A DNA stretch of 57,591 bases from a virus (taxonomy: Duplodnaviria; Caudoviricetes): the IMG/VR virus record IMGVR_UViG_3300042892_000963, positions 1-57,591 of that record, one strand, 5' to 3'. Shown piece after piece: positions 9,531 through 19,960 of the stretch. The notes beneath the pieces are model-generated. The model was given only the letters and a program-made list of their open reading frames with translations, searched no databases and had not been told where the DNA came from. A program made the position numbers and the translations under genes. Positions within the stretch are counted from its first letter, which is position 1; every line of letters starts with the position of its first letter.

Positions 9531-10587
9531 ACGCATAGGCTTTGCCTGCAAATGGATTGACGGTCCTAGTCAGATCAACGGTGTCAAACAAAAAGACAAC
9601 TGCAAACAGTACAACACTGGCAGTACCACAGTAGCATGGTTGAAGCGCCAAGAACCCAAAGTAGCAGAACAGAAGCTGTGGGATCTAATGGTCCAGAATA
9701 TTGAATCAATTCGTAAACTTGTAGAGAAAGTGGGTGATCTAGATGACGAACTTCGTATGGTACGTCTCGGCAGCGATATTCTGCCTGTATACACTGAGCG
9801 CAATTACAGCTGGTTTTGGCGTCAAGCTGATGTGGTCAAATATGCCGAAACACATTTTGCCGAGGTGGGGCGTATTGCTAGAGATCGTAACGTTCGTCTT
9901 AGTTTTCATCCTGGCCAGTTCACTGTTCTTGCAAGTGATAATCCCGATATTGTTGATCGTAGCGTAGAGGAGTTTGAATATCATGTGGACATGGCTCGCT
10001 GGATGGGATATGGTAAAACGTTTCAAGACTTTAAGATCAATGTGCATATCGCTGGCCGACAAGGCCCATCCGGTATCCGTAGTGCTTTGGCACGGATGAG
10101 CCCAGAGGCGCGAAACTGTCTTACTATCGAAAACGATGAGATGACATGGGGTATTGAACACAGCATCGAATTGGTCAAAGACTGTGCATTGGTCTTAGAC
10201 ATTCATCATCACTGGATTAAAACTGGAGAATATATTGACCCGAATGACGACCGTGTTAAGCGGATTATTGATAGTTGGCGTGGTGTGCGCCCTGTGTTAC
10301 ATTATAGTGTATCACGGGAAGACTGCCTTGATGCTCATCCCGGACACATCCGTCCCGATCTTTCGACCCTCTTAGAATCCGGACATAAGAAAGCAAAACT
10401 CAGAGCTCATTCAAACTTCTACTGGAATACAGCAGTGAATGAATGGGCACTGAGCTTTAGAGACCATTTCGACATCATGTGCGAAAGCAAGGCCAAAAAC
10501 TTGGCCTCATTTGCTCTACACGATCAAGACAAAACTGTTAAACAGGTTTTGGCTTGCGAGGAGCCTTTGGCGCTGGTGCTTTCTTAA
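9523..10587 (+). CDS. uvsE: UV-damage endonuclease (UvsE/UVDE)
   Basis: RIGFAC, RLGSDILP, RLSFHPGQF, LTIENDE, LDIHHH and MCESKAKNLA motifs. Confidence 0.9.
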   Translation: MIKRIGFACKWIDGPSQINGVKQKDNCKQYNTGSTTVAWLKRQEPKVAEQKLWDLMVQNIESIRKLVEKVGDLDDELRMVRLGSDILPVYTERNYSWFWRQADVVKYAETHFAEVGRIARDRNVRLSFHPGQFTVLASDNPDIVDRSVEEFEYHVDMARWMGYGKTFQDFKINVHIAGRQGPSGIRSALARMSPEARNCLTIENDEMTWGIEHSIELVKDCALVLDIHHHWIKTGEYIDPNDDRVKRIIDSWRGVRPVLHYSVSREDCLDAHPGHIRPDLSTLLESGHKKAKLRAHSNFYWNTAVNEWALSFRDHFDIMCESKAKNLASFALHDQDKTVKQVLACEEPLALVLS

Positions 10588-10810
10588 CTGGTGCTTTCTT
10601 AACTGGTGCTTTCTTGGCAGGTGCCTGCTTAGCCTTAGCTACCGCTACTGCTTTGTTTTGGGCAGTGACTTCTGCTGCTGGTGTAGTTTCAACTACCAAT
10701 GGAATTGGTGTAACGGCGGCTGGCTCAGGTACCTTGTAAGGTGCTGATTCTACTGCCGGGGCTACTTCAGCTGGCTTGACTCCGAACATTTTTTTCAATA
10801 ATCCTAGCAT
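10538..10810 (-). CDS. small protein with a histone H1-like Lys/Ala/Pro tail
   Basis: AGGAG RBS and TAAATA on the minus strand; tail APAKKAPVKKAPVKKAPAPKAPRKPK. Confidence 0.75.
   Translation of the reverse strand: MLGLLKKMFGVKPAEVAPAVESAPYKVPEPAAVTPIPLVVETTPAAEVTAQNKAVAVAKAKQAPAKKAPVKKAPVKKAPAPKAPRKPKPV
10574..10618. repeat. 15-bp tandem repeat, ~3 copies
   Basis: TGGTGCTTTCTTAAC x2 plus TGGTGCTTTCTTGGC; encodes (V/A)KKAP on the minus strand. Confidence 0.85.
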
Positions 10811-10831
10811 ATTAAAAATCTCCTTGTAGGT

Positions 10832-10847
10832 TATTTAGCGGTAAATA
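10832..10847. promoter_or_regulatory. back-to-back divergent late promoters
   Basis: TATTTA-GCGG-TAAATA between divergent genes. Confidence 0.7.
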
Positions 10848-10852
10848 CAAGC

Positions 10853-11410
10853 ATGGCATACAATTTTATACAAAAATTCATAGTTGAAGGTCGCAAGGAC
10901 AAACTAATCCAGCTGACTCTGCCCTATGCCGATGATGAGCTTGCGCCAGTAAAAAGCAAAGCGACTATAGATTATCACTACGGAACACTCTACAAAGCCT
11001 ATGTTGATCGATATAACAAAGGAGAAGGTGATGATGATTTCAACGAAGCTGGGGCTTTTTTACATAATATCTACTTTGGTCAATTAAAATCACCCGAAGG
11101 TTCTAATAGACCCTATGATGCTATTTTACAGTTTATAGAAAAACATTTCAAAACTTTTGATCTATTCAAAAGTGAGTTTGAAAAGCAAGCTATGAAGATA
11201 CAGGGCAGCGGATGGGTGTATTTGGCTAAAGACGGTGAAATTAAAACCATTGTTAATCACGAAGTTAGGAACGATATTGTACTATTGATAGATTGGTGGG
11301 AACACGCTTGGGCGTTGGACTATCAGGCAGATAAAAAAAGCTATCTATCCAACGCATGGAAGATAATCGATTGGAGGATAATAAATGGCGTACTCGGACA
11401 AAGTAATTGA
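10853..11410 (+). CDS. sod: Fe/Mn superoxide dismutase (compact)
   Basis: LPY...LAP, YHYG, LHNIYF, GSGWVYL and DWWEHA; the four metal ligands appear retained. Confidence 0.88.
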   Translation: MAYNFIQKFIVEGRKDKLIQLTLPYADDELAPVKSKATIDYHYGTLYKAYVDRYNKGEGDDDFNEAGAFLHNIYFGQLKSPEGSNRPYDAILQFIEKHFKTFDLFKSEFEKQAMKIQGSGWVYLAKDGEIKTIVNHEVRNDIVLLIDWWEHAWALDYQADKKSYLSNAWKIIDWRIINGVLGQSN

Positions 11411-11771
11411 CCATTACGAAAATCCACGCAATGTAGGGTCGTTTGCTAAAGATGACCCAACAGTAGGCACAGGTATGGTAGGTGCTCCAGCGTGTGGTGA
11501 TGTAATGAAACTACAGATAAAGGTAGACGATGATACAGGTATTATTACAGATGCAAAATTTAAAACGTATGGCTGCGGATCGGCTATCGCGAGCTCGAGC
11601 CTCGTTACAGAGTGGCTCAAAGGAAAAACCCTCGACGAAGCAGGAACAATCAAAAACTCCAAAATCGCCGAAGAGTTAGCCCTACCCCCAGTTAAGATAC
11701 ATTGTTCAATTCTAGCAGAAGATGCTATCACCGCAGCCGTAAATGATTATCGTAACCGACACAGCAGCTAA
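11385..11771 (+). CDS. iscU: Fe-S cluster scaffold protein
   Basis: MAYSDKVIDHYENPRNVG, GAPACGD, GCGSAIAS and LPPVKIHC. Confidence 0.96.
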   Translation: MAYSDKVIDHYENPRNVGSFAKDDPTVGTGMVGAPACGDVMKLQIKVDDDTGIITDAKFKTYGCGSAIASSSLVTEWLKGKTLDEAGTIKNSKIAEELALPPVKIHCSILAEDAITAAVNDYRNRHSS

Positions 11772-12069
11772 GAAAGTTAAGCAAAATTTAGAGCGACGCG
11801 GTAAAGGTGTGGGCATTCGATTGGGTGTAAAAACTACAGGATGCAGCGGATTAGCCTATACTATAGAATACGTTGACGAGTACACCACCGAAGAGGGAGT
11901 TACTAATTTTGCTCAAAAAGACTTTGTGGTATTAGTAGATGCCAAAAGTTTGGCATATCTTAATGGCTTAACAATGGATTGGGTTCGCAATGGACTCAAC
12001 GAAGGATTCGATTTCGTCAATCCGAATGAACGCGATCGCTGTGGCTGTGGTGAATCATTTAGAATTTAG
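11743..12069 (+). CDS. iscA: A-type Fe-S carrier
   Basis: GCSGLAY and CGCGESF. Confidence 0.93.
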   Translation: MIIVTDTAAKKVKQNLERRGKGVGIRLGVKTTGCSGLAYTIEYVDEYTTEEGVTNFAQKDFVVLVDAKSLAYLNGLTMDWVRNGLNEGFDFVNPNERDRCGCGESFRI

Positions 12070-12346
12070 ACACAGGTAAGTCCACACTGGCAGGCATATT
12101 CCATATCTGCTTCTGCTCTACTCCTGTTCTTTGAGCAAACCTTTTGGCATCACAATCCCCGCAACAATGAAAAAAATTGTTGCTGAGTCGTTTCTTATCC
12201 ATGTGTTTGAGATCTCTTTCAAACACCGAATCACAAGCATCACATCTCAGCACTGCTATAGTCTTTTTTCTCTTATATAAATGTTCAACCCCGCATTTAC
12301 TGAGTCTAGAGTATTGATTTTGTTGAGTTTTGATTGTGAGAAACAT
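12059..12346 (-). CDS. small putative Zn-binding protein
   Basis: CDAC and CCGDC motifs; minus-strand TAAATA 4 nt before the ATG. Confidence 0.7.
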   Translation of the reverse strand: MFLTIKTQQNQYSRLSKCGVEHLYKRKKTIAVLRCDACDSVFERDLKHMDKKRLSNNFFHCCGDCDAKRFAQRTGVEQKQIWNMPASVDLPVSKF

Positions 12347-12418
12347 CTAGTATTTACATCCGGCTTATAAAACTTTGGGCTAAATATTAGAGCATTTGCT
12401 CAATCTAGGATTCCAACC

Positions 12419-15400
12419 ATGGCAAGAAAGACTATTGATATTGGTGTTGTCGGTAATGACGGCACCGGAGACAGTATAAGAGATTCATTCCGTAAAGTCA
12501 ATGACAACTTTAGAGAACTTTACAGCTCACTAGGGCTCGGCGAAAGATTAAAATTCACCGGGCTTGAAGACGCCCCAGCTACCTATGTAGGGCAAAATGA
12601 TCCAGCTACTGGAAATACCCCAGTAGTCACTGTGAACAACACTGAGTCAGGGCTGGCATTTAAAAAACTTATCGCTGGTTCTGGTATCAGTATTGATTTT
12701 ACCACTAACCCCAACGAAATATCTATCAACGCAGACTTTGCTGAAATTGTAGCAGACACTACTCCCCAATTAGGTGGTGACTTATCAATGCGTTCCGGGG
12801 GAAATCAATATCGTATATTTGATGCTGGAACTGCAATTACTCCGCTGGAACCTATATTTTCAACAGAATTAGTCAACAAAAACTATGCCGATTCTAAAAT
12901 TTCCAGAGCGGGGGTTAATGCTATTGATCCTGCCACAGGAACAGTAGACGTTAGTTTCGGACGCATGAGCGGACCGTTGATCTTATCAAGAAGTCCAGAA
13001 CCAGATGATGACGAGTTGTACGGAGGCTTGATTGCAGCCACAAAACAATACGTAGACAGTTCAGCGTTCGGCAGCAGTGTGAATCTTTATGTAGCACTAA
13101 GTGGTGAGGATGATCGTCCTGGTGTGTCACCAGCTCTACAAGGTAGAGCGTTGGCCTATGCCTATCGCACACTTGAAGCGGCGCTGAAACGTGCTGAAGA
13201 ATTAGTGTTAGATTCACGACCAATTATCGGTCCTTATGAAAAGACCCTAACGTTTAATAATGGTGTATCAGAATGCTCACTGGCTGCTGTGGATACCTCT
13301 CCTATATCAGGTACAGGATTTGCAGGAACTGTGCGGATGAGCGTAGACACCGCAACGTTGGTCAGTGTTGGCACAAACTATTATGCTGGAGATATATTAC
13401 AAATTGCAGGCGGTACAGTAGCATCGGGCGGTAGTGCTTGTTTTATTGAAGTATTATCAACACTAACTACTCCTGGAGCTATTGTAACATTTAGAATTAT
13501 ATCAACTGGGGTGTATTCTGCACTGCCCGGTGCAACCGCTGTGTCGACCACAATCAGCACCAGTGCTGCACCAGTAGGTATTGGTGCGATCGGTGCTGGT
13601 GCTACATTCAATCTTACCTACAAGGTCGGTTCAGTTTCTATATCTAACGGAGGCACAGGATACAGTTTGGTGTCTGTGAGAATAACCGGTGGTGGTGGCA
13701 CAGGAGCATTTGGTACAGCAGTTGTTACCGCAGGTGTTATCACCAGTGTGACTATCACAGATAAAGGAGCGGGCTTCGTCAGCTTACCTACCTTTATAGT
13801 TGATCTTCCTAGATTCTTGATATTCACTAATGGTCTGCGCACAGACTTTACCGGTGATGTTTCAACATCAACTCCAGAAGCTATTAGAGGACGAGACATC
13901 AGAGAAGGACTGTTCCTACGCGGTAAGACCAGTGGAGCATTGGCACAGATCCTCGACCATTCTGGTGCATTAGATAGCGGTGGAAATGAGATATTCGATG
14001 TGGATATCATCTACGGCACGTTTCAAATCGGTGAAAGCATAACCTACGGTGACATCGCAAGAAATATACAGATTAGTATATTAGTAGAAAGCGGCGAATA
14101 CTATGAAAACTATCCATTAAGAGTTCCGCCTAACGTCAGCGTGGTAGGAGATGAATTCCGCCGAGTGATATTTAGACCTCGACCAGGAACCTCAGCCAGT
14201 CCATGGGCTTTCCAAAAGTTCCGCAGAGATAGAACTATCGGTAATCAGGATACCATACGTCAGGTCTACAATGACACAACTGGTAATTGGGGTCCGCAGA
14301 ATGTGGTCCCTGATCAGTTAACTCTTGCACAGGTAGAGTACGGATATCATTATCTACAAGATATCACAGAACCAGTTTATCCCAAGATACAAAACAAAGG
14401 AGCATACGAATCTGCTGCTGATTTAATAAGATTGAATAGAACGTTTCTTCAAGAAGAAATTGTTGCAAGAATAGATTTCAACAAAATCAATAGCGTATCC
14501 CCGTTCAGTCCAACTTTCACATACAACAGGAATTTTTATAAACGCAGTATTGGACAATTAGTTGATGATTTAACTTTCGATCTCGACCGTGGCGGATATA
14601 ATAGAACCATTTCTAATGCGCTGAAATATTATCAAAACGATGTTGGAACACTTGTGATAACCACACAGCTGTCACAGTATCTGGCCGTGATAGATCTGTT
14701 CAATACCCTAGTACAGGCCATTATAGATAACACTGCAATCACAGGGTTGAAACAAACTCTGTTTTTCCAAACAATCGATCCTGCATTCCAAGCAGAGGTA
14801 GGTTCAGATGCTGTTATAGTGCTGTTGATTGATGCATTTAAAGATGTTATAGACGGATCTGGTTCAGTAAACTATCCTTTAGAAAACGAAGAAATGGATG
14901 TGTTCTTGGCCAACGACACTGTGCGTTGGCAGGCTATATCAGCTATAGGACACGGCGGGTTCATGGGAGTATTAGATCCCACAGGTCAGATATTGTCCAG
15001 ATCACCTTACTTCCAAGAATGTGCTTCGTTCAGCCGCAGCCAAGATCGTCAGGTGTTTGCAGGTGGTATGTTCACTGACGGCTTTTCGGGCAACCTTGAA
15101 TTCAACGTAGATGCAGTGGTCACTCCCACAAGATTGTCTGTTAGTGATCTTGATAGATTTCCAGAACTTCCAGCATCGTTTATTGTTTTTGACAGTGTAT
15201 ATAGAATTAACTATGTCAGAGACTTTGTCTACGATAAAGACGGCAGTACAGCTACATTTATCTTAGACGAAACAACACCATGGCCATTTACAGTATTCAC
15301 ATTCGACTCTTCTGCTTGCAGCAGAGACACTGGGCTGATCCTAGACGGACTAGGTCGAGACATTGTACTGAATACCAACTACTGGACACGCCAGAACGGA

Positions 15401-18400
15401 ATAACATATAGGCTCAGCCAAAGCGGAGTGGTGTTGCAGAGCCAAAGAGCTATTACCATAGAAGCCATTGAGTTTGTGCATGACACAGTTAATGATCTAA
15501 TCACTGCGTATCCTGACATTCAAGATACTGTGGATCTCAGTAACATATCGATAGCAGATGTTCTTTCACGTGGATTAGCCGCTGTCCCGACACTCAGCTT
15601 CACTTTACCTGCCAGTGTATCTGTTGATGTAACCAGCGCATACAATTTGCTATTGAACAATAGAGACTACGCAGTGGCTGAGATACTGGGGTGGATTGCT
15701 AATGAAATATCAACTCCTACTGCGCCATTTACATCTCTTGATATTTTTATAGCAGGCGAAATTGAATTCCAGGCTCGACAAGCTGTAGAAGCTGTGATAC
15801 ATGATGTTATCTACGGTGGTAATGTGGCCACACGTACAAGAGCACTGAAATTCTATAACAATCTCACAGGAGCAGTGATCACTGACTCCGGTCTTTCACA
15901 GGCTAAAACTGCTGCATGGCACACCTATCTAAATTATCTATTAGGTCAGGTTGTACAAAATTTAAATCCTGCTACCAGTTATTCTGGAGTGAGCCGATCT
16001 ACTGGTACTGCTGCGACAGCTACAGAAGCTGCCACAATCAATACCCTGATGACTGCTATGAGTTCAATCATCGGTGCAGCTGATTTTACAGCAGCACAGG
16101 CAGTGGTTGCTATTACAGAACCCAGTTTCGTGGGATATACTGCTAACAACATTGCTGTAAGAAATATTATTCAAACCAATCGAGCTACTTTGCAGACTTC
16201 AACAGTGGCATTTGTGGAGTTCAATGGTAATAGATACGAACTGTTGATGCCTGGTAATAGAAGTATGTTGTGTAACGACTTCACACAGATCAACGATCTA
16301 GGCTACGGAATAGTTGTGGCCAACGGTGGTCTTACAGAAGCTGTTTCAATGTTTACCTACTACTGTCATATTGCCTACTACTCAGTGACAGGCGGACAAA
16401 TTCGTTCAGTAGCAGGTTCTAACGCACATGGAAACTTTGCTCTGGTGGCAGAAGGTGCAGACCCACTAGAGGTTCCAACGCCGTCTACTATATATGAAGA
16501 ATTCAGTCAACGTATAGACTGTTATTTCCCCAGCGGTTCATTTGCCAACGTAGCCGGCGGCCTGTTGATATTTGTAACCAATTATGAATATACTCCATTA
16601 GGTGGTTCAGAGCTAGAAGTATTGCATCCTACAACTAACAGCATATATCGATATCCTGTAACTTCGGTAACTACAACTGATCTACCTGTAGGGGTCGCAA
16701 GATTGAATCTCTCCACAGGCACAGGATCAGCCACTGAAGGATTGTTTGCTGTAGTTGCCGATGGAACAAAAATGACACTGAGACTGTCGAGTGTTATACT
16801 GCTTACCGGTGGATTAGAAAATGTTGCAGTAAGACCTTCCACTGGTCTTAAATTACGTGAGACGCTGGATACAGTATATCGTGTATTAGAATTCAACTCT
16901 TATGTTGACTCAAACGGGCCTTACGAAGTATTATTCAACACAGCTACTCCGACACGTTTCCAAGTATTAGTGACCATTACGACTATTGCGTCTAATGTAT
17001 GTACTACCAGTGGTAACCACAAACTGAGAATAGGTGACAGGATCATTCCTACCAGCACCGCTAATAATTTTGTCAGTGGCACTACTTATTATGTAAGAAC
17101 ACAGCCTACATATAATACATTCACAGTATCCACCAGTCCTAGCGGAAGCACATTTACATTAGCCGACGGCAGTGGATTGACTATCAAGGCTGCGAAATCA
17201 CACAAACTGTTAGAAGCTTACACTGTGAATTTCAGTGTATCAGATGGCGGCGCACTGCCTGCTCCATTTACAGCAGGACAAATATACTATGTGTTGCCCA
17301 ACAATCTCACTGAAACTGAGTTCAGCGTTGGTACACAATTGAACGGTACAGCAGTGAGCATAACCACAGCAGGTAGTGGCACTCATAGATACAACATCGC
17401 GGGACTAACGCTTACTCAGACTAGAGAAAACTACAACTACATAGACATAACCGTGATCCAGCCCGGAGAATTTGTAACGTCAACTCCGACTGGCACTACC
17501 TGTACTATCAGTATAGCCAACCCAGCTGAGGTCACTCTGAACAGCCATGGATTTGTGGCCGGCGATGTGATTAAATTCACAACCACTGGTGCTTTGCCTA
17601 CAGGCGTAAGCATGTTGAACAGATACTTTGTGTTGTCTGCTGGTCTAGGTGTAAACAGTTTTAGAATCTCAGCTCAACTAGGTGGTGATGCTGTAGAGAC
17701 CACTGGCACACAGAGTGGTGTGCAAAAAGTTGGTAAGGTCACTGGAAGTGCAGGTGATACTATATTTGCTGTGGTAGCTATTTCTCAGACAGAAATATCA
17801 AGAACACAAGGCAGCAAATTTGTGTATCTGGGTGAAGAATACATCATAAACACGTATCAACCAGAAGCAGTAACCAACGGTCCGTTTGGTAGAGTTATTC
17901 TTAATAGACCGTTGGTTAACGGTATAAACAATCTAGACAGCGCATACACTATTAAATCAGCTGTTCCTATACGCAGCAGTGGTAGTCTTGGTACACTGAC
18001 CATACGTATTTCACTGACTCGGGTTACAGGACACGATCTACTGGAAATTGGTACAGGATCGTATGCCGATACTAACTATCCCAAAGAAATATATGGGGCC
18101 AGTGTTAACCCTTTGAATCCGGCAAACGAAGTACAAGAACGTGACGTGGGACGCTGTTTTTATGTGACCACTGACCAATTTGGTAATTTCTCAGTAGGCC
18201 CATACTTCCGAGTTGACCAAGGTACGGGTCAGGTAACATTCTCTAGTTCCATTGCACTGAGCAATCTCGATGGTATTGGATTTAAACGAGGTGTTCCTGT
18301 CAGTGAATTCTCTACAGATAGTGGTTTCATAGATAATGCTATCGACACGGTGCCAACTGAAAATGCTACTCGTATCTATCTAGAACGTCGATTAGGATTA

Positions 18401-19960
18401 ACTCATGACGGTGCTGTTGTTGGTGTAGGTCAATTAATACCTACTGTCACTGGCGGTTACATGGCCCTTGATGGGCAGTTGGGCATGAAAGCATCAATGA
18501 ATCTTAACAACAATAAGATCACTAATGTTACAGACGCAACTGATCCGCAGGATGCTCTCAATCTTAGAAGTTTTACTTTAAGTAATTTCCAAAACTGGGC
18601 TGGTGGCAATGTGCAGGGCGGTCAGTTCATGGTGTTCACAGGTGTTGGCAATACTGTGATCAACGCCAGCGTAACTGGTGATTTAACTTTTGATCTACGC
18701 ACAGGCACAGACTCTACACTGAACAATGTAGACGTGCAGTTGAATGCGGGCGTGGTTAACAATGCAGAAGTGAATGCTGCCGCGGCTATTGCTCAGAGCA
18801 AGTTGAACATGACTATCGCTGCTACTCAGTCAGCGGCACCGACAGGAACAGCTGCCGTGATACAGGCAGCTAATGGACTCAGCAGTTTCAACAGTGCAGA
18901 TTTCGTAGTTACCAACGGATACGTGACACTCAAGGCCAACTCGGTACAGTTAGCTGATCTTGAGCAGATGGCCCCTGACACACTGATAGGTAACAGTGGC
19001 ATAAGCACAGCTAATGCCGCCGCAGTGGCATTTACCACTGTGGTCGACGAAGGCTTGGCTATCAAGAAATCGCAGTACAGCAGTGCAGGATTCTTGCGTA
19101 GAACAGGTGCAGCGACAGCGTCGGATGCCAATTATGTCATGGTGGCGGGATCTTCTGGATCAAGTTCAAGTACTGGTAATGGCGAAGTCATCGTTAGAGA
19201 CGGCAGTGGAGATTTTGGCGGAAGAACCATAGACGTTCAAAACATCAAGATAGACGCTAACTTGGCCATAGATACTGTTAGTACCACAGCCACAGACGGA
19301 TACATTAGATATTACGGTTTTGATTCAGCTGGTGGTATATTAATACAAACTGCTTCGGCTACTCCAGCTAATAGAAAAACCGCATACTGGAATAACTTCC
19401 ATGAATTCAAAACGCAGAACGGTGTATCTGATGCACCTATAACCTGCTCTACAGTAACAGCGACTTCTATACAGGTTCAAGCTATTACCACAGGTGGCAA
19501 TACCACAGCAGGAACTATTACAGGTCGTTGGACATTAACTGGCACATCGCCAAACGAATCAAGACTACAGGCCACATACTCCGCTGACCTTGCAGAATAC
19601 TACGAAGGTGACAAAGAGTACGAAGTGGGGACTGTATTGGTGTTTGGCGGCGACAAAGAAGTCACTGTGACTAACACACAGGGCGACAACCGTGTGGCTG
19701 GTGTTGTTTCTAATACTGCTGCGTTTGCCATGTACGAAGGGTGTCCAGGACTCAAGAACCTAGTAGCCCTACAAGGTCGTGTGCCATGCCGGGTAGTAGG
19801 AAAAATACGCAAAGGAGAAATGCTTGTGACTTCAAAGATTCCAGGCGTTGCTGTAGCAGGTGGAAAAGATATCAAGGTCGGAACTGTGGTAGGTAAAGCA
19901 CTGGTAGACTATGACAGTGATCACATTGGCACAATTGAAATAGCTGTGGGGAGAACATAA
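12419..19960 (+). CDS. giant tail/baseplate-associated structural protein (2513 aa)
   Basis: T4 gp9/gp10-type N-terminus (IDIGVVGNDGTGDSIRDSFRKVNDNF); G/T-rich beta repeats; C-terminal ADLAEYY...GRVPCRVVG autocleaving chaperone-like domain. Confidence 0.8.
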   Translation: MARKTIDIGVVGNDGTGDSIRDSFRKVNDNFRELYSSLGLGERLKFTGLEDAPATYVGQNDPATGNTPVVTVNNTESGLAFKKLIAGSGISIDFTTNPNEISINADFAEIVADTTPQLGGDLSMRSGGNQYRIFDAGTAITPLEPIFSTELVNKNYADSKISRAGVNAIDPATGTVDVSFGRMSGPLILSRSPEPDDDELYGGLIAATKQYVDSSAFGSSVNLYVALSGEDDRPGVSPALQGRALAYAYRTLEAALKRAEELVLDSRPIIGPYEKTLTFNNGVSECSLAAVDTSPISGTGFAGTVRMSVDTATLVSVGTNYYAGDILQIAGGTVASGGSACFIEVLSTLTTPGAIVTFRIISTGVYSALPGATAVSTTISTSAAPVGIGAIGAGATFNLTYKVGSVSISNGGTGYSLVSVRITGGGGTGAFGTAVVTAGVITSVTITDKGAGFVSLPTFIVDLPRFLIFTNGLRTDFTGDVSTSTPEAIRGRDIREGLFLRGKTSGALAQILDHSGALDSGGNEIFDVDIIYGTFQIGESITYGDIARNIQISILVESGEYYENYPLRVPPNVSVVGDEFRRVIFRPRPGTSASPWAFQKFRRDRTIGNQDTIRQVYNDTTGNWGPQNVVPDQLTLAQVEYGYHYLQDITEPVYPKIQNKGAYESAADLIRLNRTFLQEEIVARIDFNKINSVSPFSPTFTYNRNFYKRSIGQLVDDLTFDLDRGGYNRTISNALKYYQNDVGTLVITTQLSQYLAVIDLFNTLVQAIIDNTAITGLKQTLFFQTIDPAFQAEVGSDAVIVLLIDAFKDVIDGSGSVNYPLENEEMDVFLANDTVRWQAISAIGHGGFMGVLDPTGQILSRSPYFQECASFSRSQDRQVFAGGMFTDGFSGNLEFNVDAVVTPTRLSVSDLDRFPELPASFIVFDSVYRINYVRDFVYDKDGSTATFILDETTPWPFTVFTFDSSACSRDTGLILDGLGRDIVLNTNYWTRQNGITYRLSQSGVVLQSQRAITIEAIEFVHDTVNDLITAYPDIQDTVDLSNISIADVLSRGLAAVPTLSFTLPASVSVDVTSAYNLLLNNRDYAVAEILGWIANEISTPTAPFTSLDIFIAGEIEFQARQAVEAVIHDVIYGGNVATRTRALKFYNNLTGAVITDSGLSQAKTAAWHTYLNYLLGQVVQNLNPATSYSGVSRSTGTAATATEAATINTLMTAMSSIIGAADFTAAQAVVAITEPSFVGYTANNIAVRNIIQTNRATLQTSTVAFVEFNGNRYELLMPGNRSMLCNDFTQINDLGYGIVVANGGLTEAVSMFTYYCHIAYYSVTGGQIRSVAGSNAHGNFALVAEGADPLEVPTPSTIYEEFSQRIDCYFPSGSFANVAGGLLIFVTNYEYTPLGGSELEVLHPTTNSIYRYPVTSVTTTDLPVGVARLNLSTGTGSATEGLFAVVADGTKMTLRLSSVILLTGGLENVAVRPSTGLKLRETLDTVYRVLEFNSYVDSNGPYEVLFNTATPTRFQVLVTITTIASNVCTTSGNHKLRIGDRIIPTSTANNFVSGTTYYVRTQPTYNTFTVSTSPSGSTFTLADGSGLTIKAAKSHKLLEAYTVNFSVSDGGALPAPFTAGQIYYVLPNNLTETEFSVGTQLNGTAVSITTAGSGTHRYNIAGLTLTQTRENYNYIDITVIQPGEFVTSTPTGTTCTISIANPAEVTLNSHGFVAGDVIKFTTTGALPTGVSMLNRYFVLSAGLGVNSFRISAQLGGDAVETTGTQSGVQKVGKVTGSAGDTIFAVVAISQTEISRTQGSKFVYLGEEYIINTYQPEAVTNGPFGRVILNRPLVNGINNLDSAYTIKSAVPIRSSGSLGTLTIRISLTRVTGHDLLEIGTGSYADTNYPKEIYGASVNPLNPANEVQERDVGRCFYVTTDQFGNFSVGPYFRVDQGTGQVTFSSSIALSNLDGIGFKRGVPVSEFSTDSGFIDNAIDTVPTENATRIYLERRLGLTHDGAVVGVGQLIPTVTGGYMALDGQLGMKASMNLNNNKITNVTDATDPQDALNLRSFTLSNFQNWAGGNVQGGQFMVFTGVGNTVINASVTGDLTFDLRTGTDSTLNNVDVQLNAGVVNNAEVNAAAAIAQSKLNMTIAATQSAAPTGTAAVIQAANGLSSFNSADFVVTNGYVTLKANSVQLADLEQMAPDTLIGNSGISTANAAAVAFTTVVDEGLAIKKSQYSSAGFLRRTGAATASDANYVMVAGSSGSSSSTGNGEVIVRDGSGDFGGRTIDVQNIKIDANLAIDTVSTTATDGYIRYYGFDSAGGILIQTASATPANRKTAYWNNFHEFKTQNGVSDAPITCSTVTATSIQVQAITTGGNTTAGTITGRWTLTGTSPNESRLQATYSADLAEYYEGDKEYEVGTVLVFGGDKEVTVTNTQGDNRVAGVVSNTAAFAMYEGCPGLKNLVALQGRVPCRVVGKIRKGEMLVTSKIPGVAVAGGKDIKVGTVVGKALVDYDSDHIGTIEIAVGRT

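Noticed and set aside
10511-10747. Plus-strand ORFs with repeats (WCFLN or GAFLT)
   Set aside because: These are alternative readings of the 15-bp repeat; the minus-strand KKAP frame has the RBS and promoter.
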